Source of the DNA: Vitrella brassicaformis CCMP3155
Lineage: Eukaryota; Protista; Chromerida
Assembly (NCBI GenBank): GCA_001179505.1
Contig: CDMY01000153.1
Coordinates: forward strand, 1-64,000
Direction: 5' to 3'
Length of the DNA: 64,000 nt
The position numbers and the translations under genes are program-made. Of this stretch, positions 21,601 to 33,797 are shown one piece after another. The notes beneath the pieces are model-generated. The model did no database searches. It had not been told where the DNA came from and saw only the letters and a list, made by a program, of their open reading frames with translations. Every line of letters starts with the position of its first letter. Within the stretch, counting starts at the first letter, position 1.

Positions 21601-24600
21601 GTAGGTAGGTAGGTACCCACCCAGACGGATAGGATACTCCGGTACGGTACATGCATGTATGTATGTATGAATGCCTATCTATCTGACCGGATCGGATCAC
21701 ATCTTCTTCTTATCTTGCTTGTTGCGTTCGCCCGTCTGTGTGTGTGGCTTCACATAGGCGCTGAAGCTGAGGAATCTGACTCAAGAGTTCGCCATGGATA
21801 GACACATGGCCATATTGGGTAGGTATGCAGTAGGGTGGAGTGGAGAAGCAGCATACCACTCACTCCCACAGACACACACACACACACACACATCGCATCA
21901 GTCGTCGCCTCTGTGGCCATCCGTGTGTCTATGTGTGGGTGCGCGGCGCCTGCCTGGCTGCCTGGCTGGGGGCCTGGGTGTGTGTCGTCAGGTTTCCGTG
22001 AGCACGTCTTCACTGACAATGTGTCGGCCATCAGCCAGTACATGGCCATGCAAGAGACATGCTTCACCACCATGGCACAAAGGGTAGGCTTGCACGGACA
22101 CAGCCGGCATGGCATGCAATGCAACCGTGGGTGGGGGGCTGGGTGACATCAATCAGCATCTGGATGCTCCCTTGCGTGTGCGGCTTCACTACGGCCACCC
22201 CGACATATTCTGCAGAGCTTTCGTCGCCACATGTGGCTCCTGCAGCAAGGTAGGTGGGTAGGTGAGAAAAGCACAGGAGCAGAGGCCGGCCACGGTAGGT
22301 ACCTGCCATGCCAACCAGCCATGCGTGTCGGCACACATGGAGTGAATTGACGACTGCATTACATTGCATTGCATTGCATTGCGGTGCGTTGCATGTCTGT
22401 CGGCAACGCAGGCGTCTTTGGCCATTCATGTGAGTGAGGACATTTTTGCTGGCTACAATGCTATGAGCCGGGGGCTCACTGTCAAACACGTCGACTACTG
22501 TCAGGTTGGTTAGCACCACAAAGAACGCCTCTCTACCCACCCAATCACCTGTCTGTCTGTCTGTCTGTCTATCTGTCTGTCTGTCTGTGTGTGTCTGTGT
22601 GTGTGGGGCTGACTCTACCTACCTACCTACCTACCTATTGTTTTCATTGATAATTATCTATGTAAGGTGGGTAAGGGTCGTGACAACGGTTTGGCGCAGG
22701 TGTTCACGTTTGAGAGGAAGATAGCCCAGGGCAACGGGGAGCAGGTGCTCACCAGGGACGTACGCAGGCTCGCTGATACACTCGACCCTATCAAACTTTG
22801 CTCAATGTATGTAACCACGCACACACACGCAGGGACGGGGCCACACACACCAGAGACAGACAGACAGACAGACACTCGACCAAGAAAATACACAACACAA
22901 CCGCACACAAAGATGGAAGGGGACAGCACCTCACTAATTCAGCTCATGCCTGTCTGTCTGTCCGTCTGTCTGTCTGTCTCCGTGCTGTGCTTGTGTGGCC
23001 GCATATATTCTGTCTGTCTGTCTGTCAGCTATCACAGCGGCCCGGGTTTCTTCATCAACGTACGTACGTACGTACGTATGTTTGTTTGTGTGTATGGCCG
23101 GCCTCATTTGCACATTGCATCTTCACCTCACCCGACCGCCTGGCCGGTTGGCTGATGTATTGTTGTGTGCCACCCTTGCTTGCTGCATTGATTCATTGTA
23201 GGGCGTGCTGTCGCTGTGCGGTGTGTTCATGGCTCTGTACGGGAAGCTGTTCCTCTCGGTGGTCATTCTCTACTACACGGCGGCCGATGCCGATGGGGAG
23301 GACGGCGACGCGGCCCCATTCGCCACCATCGGAGGGGCGCACCACACCAGAATGCAACACAAAGCATTCGAAACAACTTCCATGTACGTATTGACGGACG
23401 GACGGACGTGCGTTACGTAGCCTACCCACCCATGGCCACCCCACCCCACCCACGCAAGACAGGCCAGGCACGGCACGGCACGGCACCAACAATAAAGAAA
23501 TGTCTGTCTGTCTGTCTCTTTGCTGTCTGTCTGTATCGTATCTCTCGATCCTCACTCAGTATGATGGGCTTCGAATACCCGTCAGTGAAAAGCCACATAG
23601 ATAGACAGATAGATGTGCATTACATACATAAAGCACAGACAGACAGGACTAGAGAGCCGGCCGCCCTGCTAACCCTTGTCTGTATTACTGTCTGTGTGTG
23701 TGTGTGTGTGTTGGTCAGCTACTTGTACATCTTGCCCTTATTCTTCATGATCGCTGTCGAACGAGGCCTCGGTCGGTGAGACACACAGACGGACAGCGGC
23801 AGACAGACAGACAGTCACGGACACTTCTGCTGCACTCCATCGACCAGTCAGTCATTCAGGCTCGTGTCTGTATTGCGGATGTAGGCAAGGCGTGTGAGGC
23901 ATTGGTATGGTTGCCGCTCAAAATGGCCCCGTTGTATTATGCATGGTCACTCGGTGCGCTACACACACACACACACACACAGACCCGCAGACCCACTTAT
24001 GTATTGTGTGGGTCTGTTTGCCTACCTCTCCTTACTTACTCCACCCACCCACCGTTCCTGCCTTTCTGCCTGCGTTGGTCCTTGCTCCAGGCACCAAGGC
24101 ATCCTACCTCGACAGCGCTCTCCTATTCGGGGGGGCAAGGTGATACATAGATGGTCCAATTATCTGACGGGCGGACACGTGCCTGTCTCTTTGTGTGTGT
24201 GTGTGTGTGTGTGTGTTGCAGGTACGTGGCGACGGGCCGAGGCTTCGCCATCGAGCATGAGGGGTAGGGTGGGTGGGAAGTCACACAGACAGACGACATA
24301 TGGGCGAGGGAGGGAGGGAGGGAGGGAACACCTGTAGAGCCAGACCCTCATGCAGTGAGTGGAGAGCAGTGTACCTGTCTGTCTGTCTGTCCGCTGACGA
24401 TCGATACATACCTGCACCCATCCATCCATTTACCTACCGATGCTTGGCTTGTCTTTTTGGGTTGTGCGTGTGTTCTTTTTGGGTTGTGCGTGTGTCAAGT
24501 GATTAATTGCATTGAATGTGTGTCCGTCCCTCCATCCCCCGCACCCTGCCTGCAGGTTCACGGGTTTGTGGCGGCTGTATTTCCCCAGCCATTTCGAGCC

Positions 24601-26210
24601 AGCACTGGAGCTGTCCTTCCTGGCCATCTTCTACTATGTACTGGCCCGGCCATCGCTCGCCATGTATCTGCGGGAGACCTGGTCCATACACCTACTCTCT
24701 CTCAGCTTCCTCTACACACGTACGGAACCTACGACCTACATCAACCATACACACACACACAGACGGACAGACAGACAGACAGACAGAGGTGAGGGAGGAG
24801 TCCAGCTGGCCGCACGTCACTCGCGCGCATGGATGGATTGCTGGTTGGTTGGTTGATGCAGCTTTCATCTTCAATCCCCTGGGGTTTGACTACACACGAC
24901 TCAAGGCCGACTTTAAAGAGGTCAGCCAGGGAAGCAGGCTGCAGGAAGGCCAGCTAGGGGACGCCAGTAGACTCATGAACGGGCGACAATTAAAGTCCCT
25001 CTGAGCCTCCATGTGTCTCTCTCCATGTGTGTGTGTGTGTGGCTGTACGTTGGTTGCCACTCACTAGTGGCAGGATTGGATGCATTGCAGCGACCCTTTC
25101 GACAGCCGGAGGTCGTGGTACGCATGGTGGCGTGTCACGCAGCATCCTAAGACCTTCGCATCCACTGTCAACCGCCTCATTATCCTCATACGCCTCGCGC
25201 GATTTGCTCTCTGGATCGGTGTCATCACTGTCGTCATGAGGTACGTACGTACGTATGTTAACATACGTATGTTAACATACGTACTACGTCAGCCGTGGAT
25301 AGGATAGAGAGATACACACATCATGGACGGACGGACGGACGGATGGAGGCACGGATGGGGTCGGGCAGCAAGCAAGGGAGAGAGAGAGGCAGGCAGGCAG
25401 GCAGGCAGGGAGGGAGGGGGAGGGACACACACGAGGTCTGATCGAGCGACTGATAATTGGGCTGTGTCTCCCTCCTCCGATCGTGTGCGTCGCCTGTTGT
25501 GGGCATGTGTGCAGCGTTCGGACGTCCCTGCCTTGTGCCGCCTTCTACCTGCTCTTCATGCTCACCGGGGTCGCCCTCATCGGACTCTTCGTATTCCTCC
25601 AAGGTGAGGAAGCACGCCGTGCGTACGGTCCTACTTGTGCCGACCGTGGACCGGTTATCGATATGACTGACATACACACGGACTCAAGTGCGTACACACA
25701 TTTCTGTCTGTCTGCCTGCCTGCCTGTCTGTCGTCTGTGTCATGTCATGCAGACGTTCGGCTGGTCGACCCCCATACGCATCGCGTGACGATTCTGGCGA
25801 GCGGCAGTGTGATGGGTGTGTTGGTGTGTTGGGCGGCGTTGGCAAGGGGCTGGCCCTGTGCGGTGCTGGACGTGTTCTTCGTGGGGTGCCTGGCCGTCCT
25901 GCACGTCTATGGAGGCCTGCAGGTGTGCATCTACTGCCTCTCAAACCTGTTCGATGGCCTGCTGCCCAACTACACCACTGCTGGCTGGGTAACACGCACC
26001 ATGCGGCTGCTGCATCTGACCTTGGGTTATGTCATATTCGCGCCCCCCTTCATTTTGGCGGCTATCACCACCCCCTCGGCCCTGCAGGGCCGCATACTCT
26101 TCAATGGCCAGTGGCTTAACATACTCAAGCTGGGTATCATGGAGAAAGGCCAGGCGTGCAAGAAGGCTCTCATCGCACGCAAACACCCAATGGCAGGCTC
26201 ATTGGTGTAG
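12679..26210 (+). CDS. FKS1: 1,3-beta-glucan (callose) synthase, glycosyltransferase family 48
   Basis: YGFQADNVANQKE, LVWGEAANLRHCPELLCFIFH, NYDDWNE, KTFVEQRSY, FMDMPEAPSV, WASFRGQTLCRTIRG, EGKPENQNAAMIFTRGELLQTIDMNMDSYFEEALKLRNL, GFREHVFT, RLHYGHPD, IHVSEDIFAG, GKGRD, KIAQGNGEQVLTRD; multi-TM C-terminus. Many GT-AG introns. Start codon uncertain; stop TAG at 26208-26210. Confidence 0.96.
19669..19968. other. Assembly gap (300 N) after a poly-C tract
   Basis: N run flanked by a C homopolymer in a glucan synthase intron. Confidence 1.
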
Positions 26211-27489
26211 ATAGATAGACAGACAGACAGACAGGCAGACAGGTGTTGCAGGTATATAGTATATACACACACATGCATACATACACACATGACATAGGTC
26301 CTTCATCGCGTCTGTCTGCAGCTAGCATATGTGGATATTTACGTCTGAGTGTGTGTGTGTATAAAGCAGGTCGATATGTTGGTTATGTGAATAGACAGAC
26401 GCTCTCGGCGTGCCTGGCCCGAGTGCGCACTGCCTGATGTCGCACCACACAGGTGTCTGTGCTTGATCATCAGACAGACTGCTGTGATTGAATGTGTGTC
26501 TCCGTGTTTGTGCGTACGTGTGTACGTGTGCGCGTGTGCATTCATTCAGCAAGAACCATGTAATCAATCGTCAAGAGCAGACCGTTCCCCGTCCACACAC
26601 ACTGCAGGTACGTTTCTTCCCTCCCTCCCTCGCTCCCCTCACCCGCCCTTGGTCTGCCTGTCCGTCCCCGAACGTTTGTTTCTTGGTCGGTGCTATGGCC
26701 AGCTACTGTACAACCAATCAACCCATTTATGTGGTCGCCAACCGTCCAACTAACTCATCGCCTCCTGAAGGGGGGACATGAAGAACGAATGGCCGTGGGC
26801 CACCACTTGTGTTTTGGGCCCGTCTGTCTGTCTGTCTGTCCGTCTGGAGTGCTCACTCACGGCGGGTAGGAAGGAGGTGGAAACGAGGGGGGTGGGGGCA
26901 AGCCGTAGGAAGCTGGCATGTCCTCACGCAGCCCCGCCAATTCCTCCTGACGAAAGAGACGCAACATACACACACCGACCGCATAGCATACATAAACCAC
27001 CTCGACTAGGCTACCTAGCTTGTTGCTTGCATGTGAAGGCCGTGTCCCTCCATCCATCCGTCCGTCCCCCCTACCTACCTCTGTTTCCTCGTTGACCGCT
27101 GGTAGTCTACCAGAGTGATGTGGGGCCTCGAACGGAACCTGGATGGATGGATGGATGGATAGAGGCGGCGACACACCAACGAACCACCACACCCCACACA
27201 CAGCCATCCCGGTGAATACCCCGTGATCTAGTCCCTCCATTCATTCCCTTCATTCCCTCTCTGTTTTGCGCCCTGCCTCACCTCCGGCGTAACATTAGCG
27301 ATACGAGCACTCTCATAAAGCGCAAGGCGCAGGGCTGCGTCCCTGCAATGAGTACACAAACATCAATCCAAGCAGCCAGAGAGAAAGGCATCCGCCCATG
27401 TATGTGCAGGGGTGATGCGATGGGTCATCCATTCATCCATCCGTCTGCCCCACGCCATCTATCTATCCCATTGCCCCTTCCTTCCTTTC

Positions 27490-30072
27490 TTACTCGCCCA
27501 TCCTGGATTGCTTTTCGAGCTGATTCTCCAGGTAACTCTCCCTGATGACTCTTTCCAACTCCTCGTCATGATCCGCCTGTTCGATGCCCCCGTGTGACGC
27601 AACGGATGCCCCTCCCGACGCCCCCGCAAGGGTCTCGTGGCTGCACACACCATAGTTAGGAACGTACAGCACACACCAGGTCGGTCAGTCGGTGGGTTGT
27701 GGGTGCAGCCAGGCAGGCGACAGTCTGTGTGTGTGTGATTCAAAGTGAGGGCTGACTCACGAGGGGGCGACTGGCGGTGCTTTGGGAGGCGCACGTGCCG
27801 GCGCTGGGGGTTGGTATAGCTGCAGGTGCTGCTGCTGCCGGTACTCAAAGTGCTGTTGGGCGGTCTGCCTCGACAGCTCCAGGACCCGATTGAGTGCCTC
27901 ATCCTCGGTCTCCCTGACACACAAACGCAGCACTCATGTGACAAAGCCAACAAAGGCGATTGATTGGTCGGCTGCGGGCCTGGCCTGGCCTGGCCTGTCG
28001 TAGATCGTGTGGGTGAGACGTCTGCCTAGATATCTGTCTGTCTATTTATCTCAAGCACCCACCCACCCGGTGATGTGCACGTCGCGCTTGGACTGTTCTA
28101 CCGCCTGCTGGACCTCCTTGGCCTCACGCATACTGACCGACACAACACCCCAAAGACAGGCAACGCGGGCGGCGTGGCGGGCACAGTGTCAGACAGGGAG
28201 GGAGGGAAGGGGCCATACATACATACATACATACATCACACAATGGAGTGTTTGTTTGGTTACTTACCTGGCCCATACATTTGCAGTCTCGTTGATCCTA
28301 TCCGTCCCCGACATGCCGCCCGCCATACGGCCGCCCTGGAAAGCACTAAATGCCTGCTGCTGCTGGTGGTGGTTGTGGTGTTGTTGGTGTTGCATGAGCT
28401 GTGGCTGGTTGTGGCGGTCGACTGGTATGTGGTTGTGGTTGCCTCCAGCGTGGGTACGGGTCCCCCCTTGTGGTATTGTTACCCCTTGCCCGTGCCCCTC
28501 GTCCTCCTTTTCCTCTCCCATGTCGTCGGCCGTGTGTGGTCTCTCTGCTGGCGTGAAGCCCAGGGAGGTGGGATCCATCCGCCTGCTCTGCTTCTCCTTC
28601 TGCTTCTCCTTTTTGCGCTGCGCCCTACGCGGCGGCACAGCCGCTGCTGCCGGAAGGTCATCCTGCGCCTTGCCCTTCTCACCCTCCTTACGCTTCCCCA
28701 ACTGCAGCCAGGCGCACACGACACGACGCGACGCGACACGACACGACACGACACGACACGACACACGGTTGGGGCACAAGGAAGAGGGGAAGGAAGGCAC
28801 AGTGTGTGCCTGCCTGACACCCATATCTCTTCTTGCCTCCCCGCTGCCTTAGTGTCTTTCATTTCGAGTTGGCACCGTTTTGAGGTATTTGAGTTCCATG
28901 TCTTGTGCGTCCAGTTGCTCCTGCTGGTCGTCTGGGCCATGGCGCGAGGGCAAGCCGCCGTGGGCCTTGTCCTCTTCCTCTACACTCGCCTGTTTAAGGA
29001 GAGGGACAGACAGACAGAGAGAGGAGGTAGGCGTGTATTCATGTGTGGGCAGTGTCCCGTCCGTCCCCCCCCCCGGTGGTTGGGTTGAGAAGTGACTGGC
29101 CGACCTGTGCAGTGAATTTGTAGAGGAGTCGGTGGCTCTTGTTCTGGTGGCGCTTGTCCTTGGCCTGTCGCTTCAAGGGTTCGTCGACCAAGAAGACCTC
29201 GGTGACCTGGCCGTCACAGCCTTGGCCCGGCAGGCTGATGACGCCGCTGCTGTTGTAGCTCTCATCCACCTCCCCCTCCTCGAACGACGGGTATTGCGAA
29301 GATGACGACCCGCCCTCCAGCGACTGGGGCGCCGCACTCCGCCCAAATACGTGCGCACCGTGACGCTTGCCGCACCCCATACGCATGCACTGTTGTATCC
29401 ACGGAAGACCCACACACACACATTGTGTACACACACATGCCAAGCCACAGCGCTGCTCGGTGTTTGCAGGTGTGGGTGTGTCCATCCCTCCCTCCCTCCC
29501 TCCCTCCCTGCGCACTCTGTCGCGTTTCCTCAGAGTGGAAGCCGTCATTTTGTTCATGATGGGTTCGTCAGCCCACTCATTCCTCCGTGCCTCCTTGGCG
29601 CTAACGGGCTCGCAGAGACCAAGCAACACCGCCAGGCGCTCACCGTCGTTCTGCACACAGACATACAAACATACAACGGACAGCGCGGCGACCGACATCA
29701 GACAGGCAGCATGATGCGATGTGATGTGATGTGCAGTACCCGCCGCTAATGGATGGTCGGGGTCTAATTCATGTAGTCTCACCTGTGTCCGAATCGCGTG
29801 GCCGAGATCATGACCATCCGGCGTCGAGCACAGCTTCCAGAAGCAATCACAGCGGTACCTGCGACCCGACCACAGGCATTGCATACATATGGATGGTGAG
29901 TGCCGTAGGGTGGGTGCGGCCATGGTCTTACTTACACGCTTGTGTGTATAGAGGACGTTCCCAGGCAATGGACCTCGACAAAGCTAAGACGGTCTGCATC
30001 CGAGGCGGCTTGCGTTTTCAGCGCTTTTCCGCAGACAGAGCACGGCATGTCGGCGTGGCTAGACTCCTCCAT
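27490..30072 (-). CDS. Uncharacterised protein with a Cys/His-rich N-terminus and three C-terminal ubiquitin-interacting-motif-like helices
   Basis: Minus-strand exons give MEESSHADMPCSVCGKAL...HCLG...YRCDCFWKLC, CMRMGCGKRHGAH, a low-complexity Q/H region, then EAKEVQQAVEQSKRD, ETEDEALNRVLELSRQ and DHDEELERVIRESYLE*. Exon joins are partly inferred. Confidence 0.6.
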
Positions 30073-30735
30073 CTTGACCACTGCTCCACTTCAGCTGCCG
30101 AGTGCTGTGCCCCAGGGCGCCCCGACAAGGGTGTGTGGCGGGTTTGCTCCGAGTGGAGTGGTAGTCGGTAACACAACTGCAAAACAGAGAAAGAGAGTAT
30201 GTCTGCATACCTACGTGCTGTGCGCATGTGGGTGGAGGGGGATTGGTGGCCTGCCTGCGGCGATGGGTCAGGGAGTTCACCTCGCGCAAATGGCTGGATG
30301 TGTGCTGAGATGCGTAGCACCGGTCGGCCCGCCTCAAATAATGGTAGGTACCCCTACAGGCATGACATACGGTGTGCGTGTGAACAAACAGACTTTTCTG
30401 GGCAGATGGTTACCTAGATGACGATGTCGGCGAGAGTGCTGGATAGAAGTTGGCCGTGCAGCGCCCCAGATGCCTGCAGGAGAGGGAATGACGATGCGTG
30501 TCGTGACCAGGCAAGTGCATTCGGCGTGCCTCAGGCGAGGTAGCCAACCTGTTGGACAGATACGACAAGGTAGGCCCTGGATGGAGACTACAGGCTGGAT
30601 GAGGGCCGCCACCTGTGTGCCCTCTGCCGGAACTGTCTACCCTCAAGCAAACCAAGTCAGCTGGTGTTTACCCGTGCCTTTCTTTACGGAAAAGCTCGCA
30701 CTCATTGTCCCCCTCAGCAAACGACCGCAAACGAA

Positions 30736-33673
30736 ATGCTGAGGCAAGGGAGGAGGAGCATGGCTGGCCATGGCTGCAGGCAGCAGAGAGCAGTCAGCCA
30801 CATAGCGGTCCAGCGCCACTCGCACAGGTGACTGACTGACTGATTGAGTGACAGCAACGCATACGCATATCCAAACACAACATCTGCTTGTGTGGCTCAC
30901 CGATATACAGCGGGTTAGGCAACATCTTGCAGTCCGAGGCCGTCAGGGGTGCTCTGCCACAGGTTGGCTGGCGCAACCAGCCACTGGGTGGGTATTGATG
31001 TGCTCTGGGTGTGCCTGCAGCACCAGAACAACCCACAAAAGCCCCCTCTTGGATTGTATGCAGAACAGATATCCGGCACAGGTGGGTGGGATCACCAACT
31101 CCCTCGTCACTGAGGGCCCCGCGGACAATGAATGTTGTGTTTTGCTTTGCCATTCCTCTTTACACCTTGATTGCTGGGCCCCTCACCGGCAAGCAGCCTT
31201 CACAGGTGGGAGGAGAAGACGCTTCACTGAACGTTTTGATTTCCTCTCATCCTGTGTCGTGTCAGTGCCTCGCTCGCAGAATAAGTGGGCCTGGTTCTAT
31301 CGACGTCAACCAAGCGTGCAGCACGGACCAGTTCGGTAAACGATAACACAGTCCGGGGGGTAAGAATTGTCACTCCGGCCGTGTCACCCGTGTGTGAGCT
31401 GACTGGCTCTCCCTCTTGGTGTTTCTGTGCGTGCCTGCCTTAGGTACACGCTCTACAAACGTGATGGCGAGAGCGATAACCCGCCTTTGGTGTTTCCCAT
31501 TCAGCTCCGCTGGTCCATCATTAATTACCTCAACAGCTGATGCACAAATGGTTCAAACTGCGCTAAGCATTCGTGATCGCGTATCGTAGGTCTCCCATCC
31601 CAATACCGGACGAGGGAGTGGACTTCGTCGATGGATTGCGGGCTGTCGCAAGGAGCGGCACGGGTGCAACAGCTTGCATCTACACCGTCAACAAGGTAAG
31701 TCACGTGTCCGGGCAAGACACGTGGCACATCCGCGTTTTTTGTGCCTTGTCTGGTTGCAGTCTATGTCCACCGAGCGTCGCTTCTACACCGACACCGACT
31801 CCGAGCTCCTTCTGGTCCCACAGGGAGGTCAGCCGCTCAGGACACTTGGGAGGCCGACACTGTGTCTGTCGGTTTCCATACAGGTCGCCTTCTGATTCGG
31901 ACGGAGTTCGGGGAGTTGCATGTCGGACGGCTGGAGATATGCGTCATACCACGGTAGGAGACAGCAGACGCTGGCCGGACCTCCCATGCTTGTTCCCTTC
32001 TTTGCAGGGGTGTCAAATTCCAGGTGGATCTCATTGATGCTACTGCCAGAGGCTATGGTATCAAAAGTGCAGCCAAGAGTGCAACGTATGCTCCCCGAAT
32101 GTATACACAGCCCTCGAGAACCATGGGACACAGCTTCAGTTGCCTGAGTTGGGAGTCATTGGAGCGTCGTCAGGGCTTGCCGCGGCAAGGTGAAGAGACA
32201 GAAGTCACTGTCGCGCAAGAAGGACAAGCAGCTCCCCCCGCCCATCTTCTGTCCAGGCACTTCATAGCCCCGTTGGCACAGTACGATGAGACGATCAATG
32301 AGCCCTGCACGCTCATCACTCGCTTCCAGGTTGGCCAACAGATGCACCACATGGAGACTACAGCTGCTTGGTCCGGAGACATGATTGTTGTGATTGTTGT
32401 TCCCTGTCATAGGGCGCGACGTACATCGGCGAAGCCCGAACATCCCCCTTTGACGTTGTCGCGTGGTTCGGAAGTCTGTGGCCTTACAAGTACGACCTAC
32501 GCTCCTTCACATGCATCAAGTGGGTCAGCATGTTATGTGTAATGAATGTTATGTGTACCGGTAACGATCTCTACTTTCGTCTCGTTGGTTCAGTTCAGTC
32601 ACGCACGACCATCCGGACCCTGTAGGTGCTCGAATAGCACGTGTGGTGATAGTGAATGACCGTACAGCTTGTGTCTATCCATGTGCGTGTAGTCCATCTA
32701 CACAGGTGAGAAAGGGCTAGGATACGTCGTCAACGTCCACATGTGTATGCGGTGTCAGTGCTGACCTCGCCATCACCTCAGACGGTAAGTGGCGCCACAA
32801 ACGTCTTGGCTGCAATGAGTGCTCGTATCTTATTTCCGTGGTGTGTTCCGTTGACAGGGCGTTGCAAGTATGCTCCTGTCACTGTCGCACACGTTTCTAT
32901 GAGCTTGAGCATGTATGTCTTTGGCAGACATTGATTTCGTCATTTTCCCTCCAAGGTGAACAAAAACCCGGTGCTCTCACCCGTGTTAACACTGCAGACG
33001 GCTTATCCCCTGCTGCCTGCAGGTGGGTCGTTGCGGAGAACACGTTTCGCCCCCCGTGGTTTCATCGGTACGAAGTGATGACTTCAAATGCAGTTCCCCG
33101 ACAGGGCGTCTGTGTATGAATGTTGCAGGAACTACATGAGTGAGTTCATGGTGAGACACTGACTGACACCTTTTATGGACAACAATGTGACACCTACCCT
33201 CACAGGGCCTTCTTCAGGGCTCCTACGACGCCAAGGAAGAAGGTTTCGCCCCAGGTATGCATTCAGATGTGTTGAAGGATGACATTCGCTGTCAATTACT
33301 ATCGGCGTCCATCTGCAGGGGGTTGCTCGATACACAACAGCTTCTCTGCTCACGGCCCTGACGTCAACGTTTGGCGGAAAGCGAGCGAAGAAGACACGAA
33401 AATCCCAAAGCGATATGAGGAGACGATGGCATTCATGTGGGAAGCCAACCGAGTCTGGCAACCAAGTGCGTAATGAGGGAGGAGCCAAACCACGAGAAGA
33501 AACAATCAAGGTATCATTTTCTTTCACACAGCGCTGTGGGCGATGAATTTGGAACAGCTCCAGCAGGATTATGCAGGTGGGCCAAAGCTGGAACGCGTAT
33601 GCGCTGATCCACTGACATAAGCCCATGTTTTTCAGAGACAGCCTGGAGTGGGTTCCCGGCCGCCGACTTGTGA
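30736..33673 (+). CDS. HGD: Homogentisate 1,2-dioxygenase
   Basis: The spliced reading gives [132 protein letters not shown]. Iron ligands His/Glu/His are present. About 24 exons. Confidence 0.95.
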
Positions 33674-33797
33674 TGATCGGCATAGTCTGCCCATGTATAA
33701 TGTGTTTCCGTTGCGGAATCTATGCAGTGTACGTGTGTGGACACACAGGCGTATGTACACCTCGTATGGTGCAAAAAAATCTGTCAAAGATGCACCA

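Noticed and set aside
11300-27300. Regular short repeats (GACA, TGTC, CCAT, GGCA, TG) as CRISPR-like or coding repeat arrays
   Set aside because: They are simple microsatellites in introns and intergenic DNA, with no constant repeat plus unique spacer structure and no cas genes. The many RQTDRQTD / CLSVCLSV ORFs are translation artefacts.
31160-31210. Apparent frameshift in HGD (YTLIAGPLTG followed by AFT in another frame), suggesting a pseudogene
   Set aside because: The true LYAEQISGT exon lies upstream (about 31021-31081), and a 9-nt micro-exon with canonical AG/GT restores the frame.
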